A stretch of DNA of 64,000 nt from a virus: IMG/VR virus record IMGVR_UViG_3300028394_000042, one strand, 5' to 3'. The translations under genes and the position numbers were made by a program. Position 1 is the first letter of the stretch. Each line of letters starts with the position of its first letter. Shown piece by piece: positions 37,606 to 45,950 of this stretch. A model generated the notes under the pieces. The model was given only the letters and a program-made list of their open reading frames with translations, was not told the origin of the DNA and did not search any database.

Positions 37606-39284
37606 ATTGTTGTTCTATTTTGCGTGGTTGTTTTTAAGTTGCCGCCGTACCAAGCAGTGTCTTTTCCGTACAGCGGCGCGTGCGTTCCCGAAACCTCTAC
37701 TGTGTCTGCATCTTCTTCTTCTGTGCGCACGTAAGCCAGTGTAAAAGATGTCCCCGCTAGCCCGCGTTCGGCGTTAATTGCGTATGACACCTGCGTTACA
37801 GCGGCAATCATAGCGCCGTCAGACGCAATCTCTGTTGTTGGTGTTTCAATTCTAACAATACTGCCCGGCGCAATATCAAAACGCAACTTACCGGACAATT
37901 CGCCCTGTCGGTGGCTCAATTTTTCTGTTTTGTACCAGTGTTCTGCCAGTCGTGTGTATATGTCACTTTGCTGCAACTGAAACAGTGTCTCTGTTGGCGT
38001 GAGCGCGCCGTCTGGCGCTTTTGGCTCTCCAGTCCCCGGCGCTGCGCAATCGCCCGGCGATTTTCCGCCGACGCCGGTTGTAGGCCCAGCAAGTAGCGCC
38101 ATTGGCGTCACATTTGATAGCCATGTTGGCGGCTCTTTGAACAGTTTCATGCCTACGCGGTCAGTGCCCGCTTCGGCCGGCGGGTATTCGCCCGCTGGCC
38201 TGTTCAGATTTGCAGGAAATTGCGTCTCGCCGCTATCGTTAATTTCAGATGGGTCAAAATCATTTTGCGGCGACCAAACAATCATTACGCTCTCTAGCAG
38301 CTGTGTAAGGCTCGCATTAAAATTTGCGTAACTGTACTCGTCGCCGCGAATGTGTTTTGCGTGCTCGCTTTTTTCGTTGAATTGCAACCCAGCAAAAAAC
38401 GGGACTACAAGTGCGTGCTCAACACCCGGCGACACCGCAAAGAAAAACTGTGCGGCGTACTCACCAATCAGTTTGCCCCAGAAAGTTGTGTGCGCAAAAG
38501 AATCTAGCCCTGTTTTTACCAACGCCGTGCGGATTGAGTCGAGCAAGCAGTCTTCAGCATTTGCGCCAAGATCTAACGCAAGTGGTACGTTATTTATCTC
38601 TGCGGCCGTGCCGGGCATTTTATCTAGAGCTTTAAGCGCCGCGGTATTAGGTGTATTGTCGGGCATTGGGCAATTAGCTAATGCTTTAAATAACGGTTTG
38701 ATTACCAAATCCCAAAAATCTGTTGTTACATTGCCGCCGCGCACCAATAAGTTGTCGCCATCGATCATCGGCACAGAGGATAAACCGCCCGCTACTGCGC
38801 CTTGTTCGCCCCCGCCGCTTGTCTGCTCCAGTGACTGAAAACCGGCATTTGTCTGCAACGCGTACATTGCGCCGGGAAACCAGTTGCCGTTCATGGCAGA
38901 TGAATTGTTAAGCGCATCGAGCCAATGCACCAGCTGTATAGTGTAATTTGCGCTATTATGACTGCGTTGATAACCAATTCCGGCATACGCGCCCTCGAAA
39001 ATGACGAATGTGCCCGCTTCCATTTTCAGTTTCGCGCCTTCTTCGGGCGTAATGGTCAACGTCACAATCGCTTTTGCCCGCGGCTTCATTTTTTTCCGCG
39101 CTGTGTGTATTTTGGCCTGTTTTTGTCCGCCGCTACTTGCTTCATGCCCTACGGCAACGGTTAAAGAAGCTGTTGGAATAGAGTTCAAACCAAATGTGGC
39201 AGACATAGCCACAATATCGTTGAACACTTGGCCGTCTATAACCGCAGAGAGCCTGAAACTTGAATATACGTACGGATCAGCCAT
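37602..39284 (-). CDS. putative baseplate hub (gp27/gpD-like)
   Basis: FGLNSIPTASLTV...IFEGAYAG...GELSGKLRFDIAPG...VTQVSY; position. Confidence 0.65.
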   Translation of the reverse strand: MADPYVYSSFRLSAVIDGQVFNDIVAMSATFGLNSIPTASLTVAVGHEASSGGQKQAKIHTARKKMKPRAKAIVTLTITPEEGAKLKMEAGTFVIFEGAYAGIGYQRSHNSANYTIQLVHWLDALNNSSAMNGNWFPGAMYALQTNAGFQSLEQTSGGGEQGAVAGGLSSVPMIDGDNLLVRGGNVTTDFWDLVIKPLFKALANCPMPDNTPNTAALKALDKMPGTAAEINNVPLALDLGANAEDCLLDSIRTALVKTGLDSFAHTTFWGKLIGEYAAQFFFAVSPGVEHALVVPFFAGLQFNEKSEHAKHIRGDEYSYANFNASLTQLLESVMIVWSPQNDFDPSEINDSGETQFPANLNRPAGEYPPAEAGTDRVGMKLFKEPPTWLSNVTPMALLAGPTTGVGGKSPGDCAAPGTGEPKAPDGALTPTETLFQLQQSDIYTRLAEHWYKTEKLSHRQGELSGKLRFDIAPGSIVRIETPTTEIASDGAMIAAVTQVSYAINAERGLAGTSFTLAYVRTEEEDADTVEVSGTHAPLYGKDTAWYGGNLKTTTQNRTTI

Positions 39285-40224
39285 TTAATTTCAGCCTCAG
39301 TGCTTCAGTGCGGTAAATAAGCGCAAGCGTAAACGCTGCTAAGCGGTACGCAGGCAAGCGGTGAGCATACCACAGGTTTTTGAAAGTGGTGTAAGGTTCA
39401 ACGGTGTGTTCGCCAAACAGATCGAACAACACTGGGCCGCCAATAAGTTCCAGCGCAGGCATAATAGTGGCTATAGCTGGAGATGGGTTTGCGCGTAAGG
39501 CTAGTGCCCAGCTGGCTCTAACATCTGTCACAGGCACGGACGACAACGTATTGAACTCTGTCGCAGATATCAGCGAGCCCGCGCCCGCGTAATTTGACTC
39601 CACAAGCGTGCCGCCAACGCTGCTGGCGCTATTCAACAACAACCCCGACGCGTCTGGCGCGCCAAAACGCACAGTAACCTGTGTTTGCGGCAAAACAAAC
39701 GCCGGAATATGGTCAGTACTTGCGAATGTTGTGGTTACCGCAGGCTCAGTAGTTCCAAGTTTTTGCGTCACAAGCACACCTGTGTTTTCTGCTGTAGCGC
39801 CCACCCCGACAAAGTAATTGTTTGTCGAAACACCAGTTGCGTTACTTGCGGCAAATTCACCACTAACGGCTACAGTTCTTGGCGTAGCGGCAGTTTGCGT
39901 GACCGTCACTTTGCGTCGATACAGCACGCTTTCGGCAGTATTGTCGGGCCAGTACGTAATTCGCGGGTCAAGTGCTTTCACGTAGCCGGCTAGCCCGTCT
40001 ATTGCGTGTACGTACGACAGCAGCTCTCGCGCCCGCAAATTCAAAAACCGCTGGTCGGGTTGTTGCCCAAACAATACGCCGCGGATAACGTTTAAGCCAG
40101 ACGGTAACGTAATTTGTTTGAACGTAGTCGGTACGTATTCGTAGCCGTCGACCAGCCTATTGGCTGCTACTCCAGACAAATTCAACAGCAGTGTGCGGGC
40201 ATGGTTAATCATTGAACGACTCAC
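39277..40224 (-). CDS. hypothetical tail/baseplate protein
   Basis: 315 aa, overlaps both neighbours. Confidence 0.65.
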   Translation of the reverse strand: MSRSMINHARTLLLNLSGVAANRLVDGYEYVPTTFKQITLPSGLNVIRGVLFGQQPDQRFLNLRARELLSYVHAIDGLAGYVKALDPRITYWPDNTAESVLYRRKVTVTQTAATPRTVAVSGEFAASNATGVSTNNYFVGVGATAENTGVLVTQKLGTTEPAVTTTFASTDHIPAFVLPQTQVTVRFGAPDASGLLLNSASSVGGTLVESNYAGAGSLISATEFNTLSSVPVTDVRASWALALRANPSPAIATIMPALELIGGPVLFDLFGEHTVEPYTTFKNLWYAHRLPAYRLAAFTLALIYRTEALRLKLNG

Positions 40225-40724
40225 TTACTGTTCTTTTTCGGCACAACGCTGAAACGCATCGACCACTGACCTACCATGGTTGCAGCGTCTTGCATCTCTA
40301 TGCGCATGCCAGTTAAAAACGCATAGAACGTAGCGTTTTTGTCTCCGCCGATTGACACAGATAAACGCCCGTTTGACGATAGTTTTTGCGCTCTGTAGAA
40401 ATCAAACACGCGCCCTAGTCTCGCTGCGTACGTGTTCAAATCCGGTGTCGATGTAAACGCTCTGTCGGTGCACGTGCGCACAAAACCAATTCCAGACATT
40501 GTCAATTCGCCCATGCGATTGCCGAAGCTGTACACATATATGAAATCGTTGACAGTGTGTAAAAACTGGTAGTTGCCGTTCATTTCTAATGCGAACCCGG
40601 TTAGCGGCGCTGTGAGCGCTATGCCATCGTTCAGACCTTCCATGTTGAGCGAAAAAAACGGTTCTGTATTGCAGCCGGCGACTTTAACTACGGCGCCGAA
40701 GCATGGACTAAAAATTACGGCCAT
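40221..40724 (-). CDS. putative tail tube initiator / distal tail protein
   Basis: YQFLHTVNDFIYVYSFGNRMGELTMSG; follows the tape measure gene. Confidence 0.55.
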   Translation of the reverse strand: MAVIFSPCFGAVVKVAGCNTEPFFSLNMEGLNDGIALTAPLTGFALEMNGNYQFLHTVNDFIYVYSFGNRMGELTMSGIGFVRTCTDRAFTSTPDLNTYAARLGRVFDFYRAQKLSSNGRLSVSIGGDKNATFYAFLTGMRIEMQDAATMVGQWSMRFSVVPKKNSK

Positions 40725-40738
40725 ATGTCACCTGTTGC

Positions 40739-43700
40739 TTAAAGCATGCCGAAGTCGACTGATGCCCCGCCGCCGCTTGGCTCTTCCATGCGTCGGCCCG
40801 CCGCGCGCATGATCACTTCATTAAGGCCCTGCAACACCAGTGTGCCGCCAATGTCTATTTTACCGCCGCTATTGTTGTTAACGGCGCCAGCATTATTTCC
40901 ACCACCAGCCTGTGTAGCTTTATTCGTTGTCTGTTGCGCGCCCTGCATCAAATTTTGTGAGTAGTTATCCGCGTCGCCAGCGAGCGCGTTCCGTCGGCTT
41001 ATTAAAAATGCGTGTCGTTTTTGGTCTTCTGGATTATCAAAAGCTTCTTCGCCTGTTTTAGCGCCTAAGCCAAATGTGGCCCAAAACCCAGTTTGTTCGC
41101 GTATCGGCACCACTTTTTTATTCACTTCAAAAATCTGCTTGTCGACATAGGCAAGCGGATTGCCAGACTCTAATTCTGCTTTGCGCTGGGTAAGTTCTTC
41201 GTAGCGCTGTACGCCTTTTGCTTTATCTTCGCCGCCTAATTGCTTCAGCATTGCCTCTCGCTCGGCTTGTACTTTAGCCAGTTCTTGCGGGTCTACCGGC
41301 CGCTGCTCTGCGTACGATACTGACGTGCCCATGCCCTGTTGGTGTGCTTGTTGCGTGGCTTCTGGTGTCATACCTACTGTCGGTGTTTGCTGCTCATTTT
41401 TGTCTATTGCTGTAACAAGCCGGTCAAAATTTTGTGCTTCAGCGCCACTCAATCCAATTCCATATTTACTGAGTGCGCTGTTGTTGAGCCCCTTCATTCT
41501 TTCAAGGGCCGCTTTGCGTTCGGCCGCTGGCAACTTGTTGAACATATCAACAGCCGCTTGGTCTGGAATAGTAAGCAACTGCGCACGCAAGCCGCGCTTA
41601 TCTTTATCCTGCATTATGGCGGCAAACGTGCCGCCAGTCGGATCTTGGCTTATGTCCTGCAACAGTTTTTTCTGTTCTGCTGTCAGTTCTTTCTTAACGC
41701 CCAGTTTGTCGTAATCGTAGTTCAGCTGACCGTCTGAGCTCACGCCAGTTACGTTGCCAACAGCAGCGGCTGCTGCCGCCGCCTCTGCTTCTCTCGCGGC
41801 CCGCGCTTCGGGTGTTTGCTCCAGCCCCGCGCTCTCTAGCCCGCCAAGTCGTGAAGCTTCTCTAAGCGACTTGGACAACGCCAGCGCCTCTTCTTGTCGC
41901 TGCTTAGACAGCCCACCGCCAAAAAAGCCGCCTTTGATTTTCTTTTCAAATCCCGCTGAGTCGCTATCAAGGGCCAGCTTTGCAAATTCTTTGATATCTT
42001 TTTCACTAGCCCTCGGCCCAAGGAACTGCTGCGCCATAGCGCGCGCGCCAGCTGCCACGTGCTCTGGCGTGCCGATGTTATGCGCGTTAAAAATGATGTT
42101 GGCGCGTTGTTTTTCAGCGTCGCTTTTTGCATTCTGGTACATACTACTTGCAACTTTAAGCCCGCCTCGCATTTCGGGCGCATACCGCTGCAAGATATCT
42201 TCACCAAATTGCACGTTACCCACGCGCTTTAACGAGTCACTGAAGCTACCGGACTTGCCTTCCCCCAGACGATCCAATTCTTCGCCAATACGCTGCGATA
42301 ACGCCGCTTCGTTTCCGGCAGAGACAGCAGCGCTTTGGTCTGCTTGCGCGCTAACAGTACCGCGCTGTTGTTCTGCCGCTTTGAGCACTTTTTCTGCGTA
42401 CGTCTGCGTATGCGCTGCCATGTTGCGCCCGGTTGTGTACGTTAGCCGCGCGCTCATTTCGCCGTATATGGTGTTAAACCCAGTCGCACGTTCCGATTCG
42501 GTTTTCCCCACCATATGTTCGAGATGTTGCTGCGCCATAGCTTTTGCTTTTGAGGCGCTATGTCCGCCGCCGGCTTTAGACATGAAGTGCTCGGTCAGTA
42601 TTTCTTTACTGCGGCGCTCCATTACTTTTGCTCGCGAGTCTGCCGACATGTCCGCTGTTTCGTCCATGATGACGTCGGCTAGTTTTCTAGTTAACAGCGT
42701 AGACGTCTGCTCACTGCGATTGCGGTATTCTGTGTCTGACATGCCGCTAGGCTTTAACGCCTGCTTTGCCTCTTTTGACGACAATCTACCGCGCATTTCG
42801 CCGCTGCTTGTTACTGACGCGTCGTTCAACAGGCGCTCTCGTTGAATTCGCATGCCGTAATCGGTCGTTGTGTAGGCTTCCGTATTTTCTTTGTCTCGAA
42901 AATACGCGTAGAGCTGTGCGTTAGACGCACCAGACTCGCGGGCCATGTTAAACACGCCGCTTACACCACGCTTAGCGGCCATTTCGGTAAGATTGACAGT
43001 CTTGCCGTTATACTCATACGTAGCCGCACCTTTGCGGTATGCTTCTACGGCAGCTGCCAGTTCGGTGCCCTTGTACTTATCTGGGCTTTCGCTGACCACG
43101 CGATTTAGGGTCGCTAACGACTGCCCAATACTAGATTTGTCGCCGCGTAGGCTGAGCATGCGCCTATTCTGTTCGGCTTCTGCTCGGTTCATTTTCCCTG
43201 CGCCCGCGGTGTCAAACATACCCGCGTCGGCCATTGCTTTTCCGCCAAGATTGCGCATCGCCTGTCCGCGATCAACAGTGCTTTCAGACAGCCCAATTTG
43301 TTGGCCGTAATTAAGGTCTTGTTGATGCGTTGCGACTAATTCAGCTGCGGACATGCCAGTCTGCCGCGCGACTACGCGCATCTCACGAACGAGCTTTTCG
43401 ACCTTTTGCGGCGACAGCGCTGTTTGCGCGCCATTTGTTAACTGTTGCAACGCAGCCATTAACTCTGGCACTGGCGCGTTTGGCCGCCCGTTGTCGCCAA
43501 AAATTTCTCGCATTGCTGCAAGTGCGCCGGTATGTTCTTTGACAATTCTGCCCGCACGTCGCGCGTCGAGCGCATTTGCGGCGGTAGAGAAACCGCCCAT
43601 TTGCTCAATCTCTTCTGCAGATTTAGAGCGCGGATCATTTTTGCTGAACTTGTCAATTTCTTTAAACGTTGTTTGCAGTTGCGTTTTATACTTACCGACT

Positions 43701-44545
43701 TTTTGCGCAAGTATGCCTTTACGTTCATCGCCATTCGCGGCTGCGTAATCTGAGTCTGTTGCCATTAAATCATCGTGGCCAAACTTTTCCGCCATGCGCT
43801 GTATTGTCTTGTCGTCGCGTTTTGCCGTGCCCATGACACGCACACGCTCCGCTGCCGTCATACCGCCAAGACTGCGCGACAACTTGCCCTGTTGAAAGAG
43901 CGTTTTTGTTATTTCACCGGCAGCGATTCCGCCAAAACCGTGCATTTCATCAAGGTTAGCGTCTTCGCCAAACATCGTGTCGTGCATCTGCGTCGAAAAA
44001 CTATCCAACGACGCAGCCGACATACGCCGCGCGCCCGTAGCCGCGTCTGGTCGGTAAAATCCCATGCTGTGCACGGCTGCGGCAGTAGCTGAAGGATCGC
44101 CACGCCGGCCAAACATAACGCCTTCTAGGTTCTCTGGCCCTATTTGCTGAGCCATAAAACTTTTGAACACCGGGTTATTCAACACAGCCGCGCCTGTATG
44201 GGCGTTAGCTATGTCTAGCTTCGAGGCTGGTTTTCCACCGTTTTTGGCAGCTTCAAAACCCAGCAGCTTTTTGGCTACCTCGGCGTTACCCGCAGCGTTG
44301 GCCGTAGCAATGGCCTGCTCGCCGGCTTGTTGATATTGCGCAGCCCGGAACGTGTCGGTTAGCGCTTGGCCGGGGTTTTGGTTGGCTAAGAAAGCATCTG
44401 GACCGCCCAAGCCGCGTACAAGCCCGGGGCCGTAAGTATTGGCCAGATACCCAAATGCGTTATCTATCTGGTACGGATTGCCCACAGGCGAGTACGCTGG
44501 CGCGGAGTACGGCTGCTGTATCCGGTTTGTAACGTATCCAGCCAT
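40739..44545 (-). CDS. tape measure protein
   Basis: ~1268-aa Ala/Gly-rich helical protein after the chaperone genes; probable start MAGYVTN with GAGG SD. Confidence 0.8.
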   Translation of the reverse strand: MAGYVTNRIQQPYSAPAYSPVGNPYQIDNAFGYLANTYGPGLVRGLGGPDAFLANQNPGQALTDTFRAAQYQQAGEQAIATANAAGNAEVAKKLLGFEAAKNGGKPASKLDIANAHTGAAVLNNPVFKSFMAQQIGPENLEGVMFGRRGDPSATAAAVHSMGFYRPDAATGARRMSAASLDSFSTQMHDTMFGEDANLDEMHGFGGIAAGEITKTLFQQGKLSRSLGGMTAAERVRVMGTAKRDDKTIQRMAEKFGHDDLMATDSDYAAANGDERKGILAQKVGKYKTQLQTTFKEIDKFSKNDPRSKSAEEIEQMGGFSTAANALDARRAGRIVKEHTGALAAMREIFGDNGRPNAPVPELMAALQQLTNGAQTALSPQKVEKLVREMRVVARQTGMSAAELVATHQQDLNYGQQIGLSESTVDRGQAMRNLGGKAMADAGMFDTAGAGKMNRAEAEQNRRMLSLRGDKSSIGQSLATLNRVVSESPDKYKGTELAAAVEAYRKGAATYEYNGKTVNLTEMAAKRGVSGVFNMARESGASNAQLYAYFRDKENTEAYTTTDYGMRIQRERLLNDASVTSSGEMRGRLSSKEAKQALKPSGMSDTEYRNRSEQTSTLLTRKLADVIMDETADMSADSRAKVMERRSKEILTEHFMSKAGGGHSASKAKAMAQQHLEHMVGKTESERATGFNTIYGEMSARLTYTTGRNMAAHTQTYAEKVLKAAEQQRGTVSAQADQSAAVSAGNEAALSQRIGEELDRLGEGKSGSFSDSLKRVGNVQFGEDILQRYAPEMRGGLKVASSMYQNAKSDAEKQRANIIFNAHNIGTPEHVAAGARAMAQQFLGPRASEKDIKEFAKLALDSDSAGFEKKIKGGFFGGGLSKQRQEEALALSKSLREASRLGGLESAGLEQTPEARAAREAEAAAAAAAVGNVTGVSSDGQLNYDYDKLGVKKELTAEQKKLLQDISQDPTGGTFAAIMQDKDKRGLRAQLLTIPDQAAVDMFNKLPAAERKAALERMKGLNNSALSKYGIGLSGAEAQNFDRLVTAIDKNEQQTPTVGMTPEATQQAHQQGMGTSVSYAEQRPVDPQELAKVQAEREAMLKQLGGEDKAKGVQRYEELTQRKAELESGNPLAYVDKQIFEVNKKVVPIREQTGFWATFGLGAKTGEEAFDNPEDQKRHAFLISRRNALAGDADNYSQNLMQGAQQTTNKATQAGGGNNAGAVNNNSGGKIDIGGTLVLQGLNEVIMRAAGRRMEEPSGGGASVDFGML

Positions 44546-44552
44546 GGCAGCC

Positions 44553-44939
44553 TCAATTGTTGTCCGCAACCATTTTTTTGTACCGCTCAATCAATTCGGC
44601 GGTTTCGCTGTCTATTATTGTATCGTTTTGCCCTGTAGATGACGGCGCTGCCGTTTTTGCCCACGGAAACGTTATTTGCCGCAATTCACTGAGTAATTCA
44701 ACTGTTTCTTGTTTAGTCTGTTTGAAACTGTCCTCAGTCAGATTACCGTGAGCCAACAACGCAAGGCGATGCGCGTAAGTATCGCGCAACACCGACAAAT
44801 TTTCTTTTCTCGCTACTTCGGACAGCAACAGCTGGTGCTTTATTCGCCATTTGGTGTTTCGGGGATCGGCACCGGTGTAGTCCATTACACCAGTCGCGGC
44901 AGCGCGCACCATCATCGCTGCTATTCGATCCCTGTCCAA
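44553..44939 (-). CDS. tail assembly chaperone, second ORF (GT-like)
   Basis: Overlaps the upstream gene in the -1 frame and immediately precedes the tape measure gene. Confidence 0.6.
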   Translation of the reverse strand: MDRDRIAAMMVRAAATGVMDYTGADPRNTKWRIKHQLLLSEVARKENLSVLRDTYAHRLALLAHGNLTEDSFKQTKQETVELLSELRQITFPWAKTAAPSSTGQNDTIIDSETAELIERYKKMVADNN

Positions 44940-45940
44940 AAACTTGGCTCAAGCGCTACAGCTTCCAGAGCCTCTACAAGCCGCTGAAACCGCCGCAACT
45001 GCGCTTGCACAATCCTGCGCGTTACTTCGTGTGCCAGTGCTGTTTTGTTAAGCGTGGCGCGCATTGTGACAAGCGCAGTTTCGTTTTGTTTATCCGCAGG
45101 TGGCGTAAATACAACGTCTGCTAATTCTGGGTGCATCAGTACAGGTTTTCCGCGGCTGTCGATAATGCGTTCCAGAGAACAAGCCATTCGATACTCGGCA
45201 AACCGCACAAACCACTCAGACTCAGACAGGATGTCGCCGGCTGCTTGATCTAGCAGCAATTGGCGCTGCACCAAAAAATTCTCGTCAGCAAGCATGCTTC
45301 GAAACGTCACAATCATTTTTCCGCCGGCAATCTCGTAATCGCGACGAAACCGCGCGCCGCCGAGCAGCACAGCGATGAAATCTTCTTTGTCGTTCTCGGC
45401 AATTTCTACGTCAAATTTCTGTTTCATGTCCCAGCCGCAACGAGGACAAAACGGCAACACTGGCTCTGGCCCGCCAAGACCCGCGTCTGCCGCCCCCTCA
45501 ATTGTCGGGTCAATTGGCGCGTCCGGCGCTGCTTCTGGGGTCGCCGCCGCTGTTGGCTCTGGCGCTACAGTAGCTGGCGCTGTTACGTTGGCGCGGTCGT
45601 CGACAATTTGCGGGGTTTCTTGAAGAAACTTCTGGTACACCTCACGTACACTCGGCGACATATTGGCGGTCTGTGCTTCTAGTTGTTGCGCCGCAGCGTT
45701 GTTAGCCTCGACATTTATTGCGGCCGCAAGCACATTTTTTACCTGTGCAATGTCGTCGGGCTGCATGTCCTCAATTGCGATAAGCACGTCGCTACGCGCG
45801 GAGGCTGTTGGCAGGCGATCTTTGATCTGCACTAGCAGTTCGCCTAATGTGTGCGGAATAGGCTGTCCGTCTTGCCAGCCAAACTGCGTCAGCGTTTTTT
45901 TCGTGAAGTCAGACAGGTACGCGCTTTCGATAAGTTCCAC
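44921..45940 (-). CDS. tail assembly chaperone (G-like)
   Basis: Position; Pro/Ala linker; CPRC; C-terminus ALEPSFW. Confidence 0.6.
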   Translation of the reverse strand: MELIESAYLSDFTKKTLTQFGWQDGQPIPHTLGELLVQIKDRLPTASARSDVLIAIEDMQPDDIAQVKNVLAAAINVEANNAAAQQLEAQTANMSPSVREVYQKFLQETPQIVDDRANVTAPATVAPEPTAAATPEAAPDAPIDPTIEGAADAGLGGPEPVLPFCPRCGWDMKQKFDVEIAENDKEDFIAVLLGGARFRRDYEIAGGKMIVTFRSMLADENFLVQRQLLLDQAAGDILSESEWFVRFAEYRMACSLERIIDSRGKPVLMHPELADVVFTPPADKQNETALVTMRATLNKTALAHEVTRRIVQAQLRRFQRLVEALEAVALEPSFWTGIE

Positions 45941-45950
45941 TGGTTACTCC

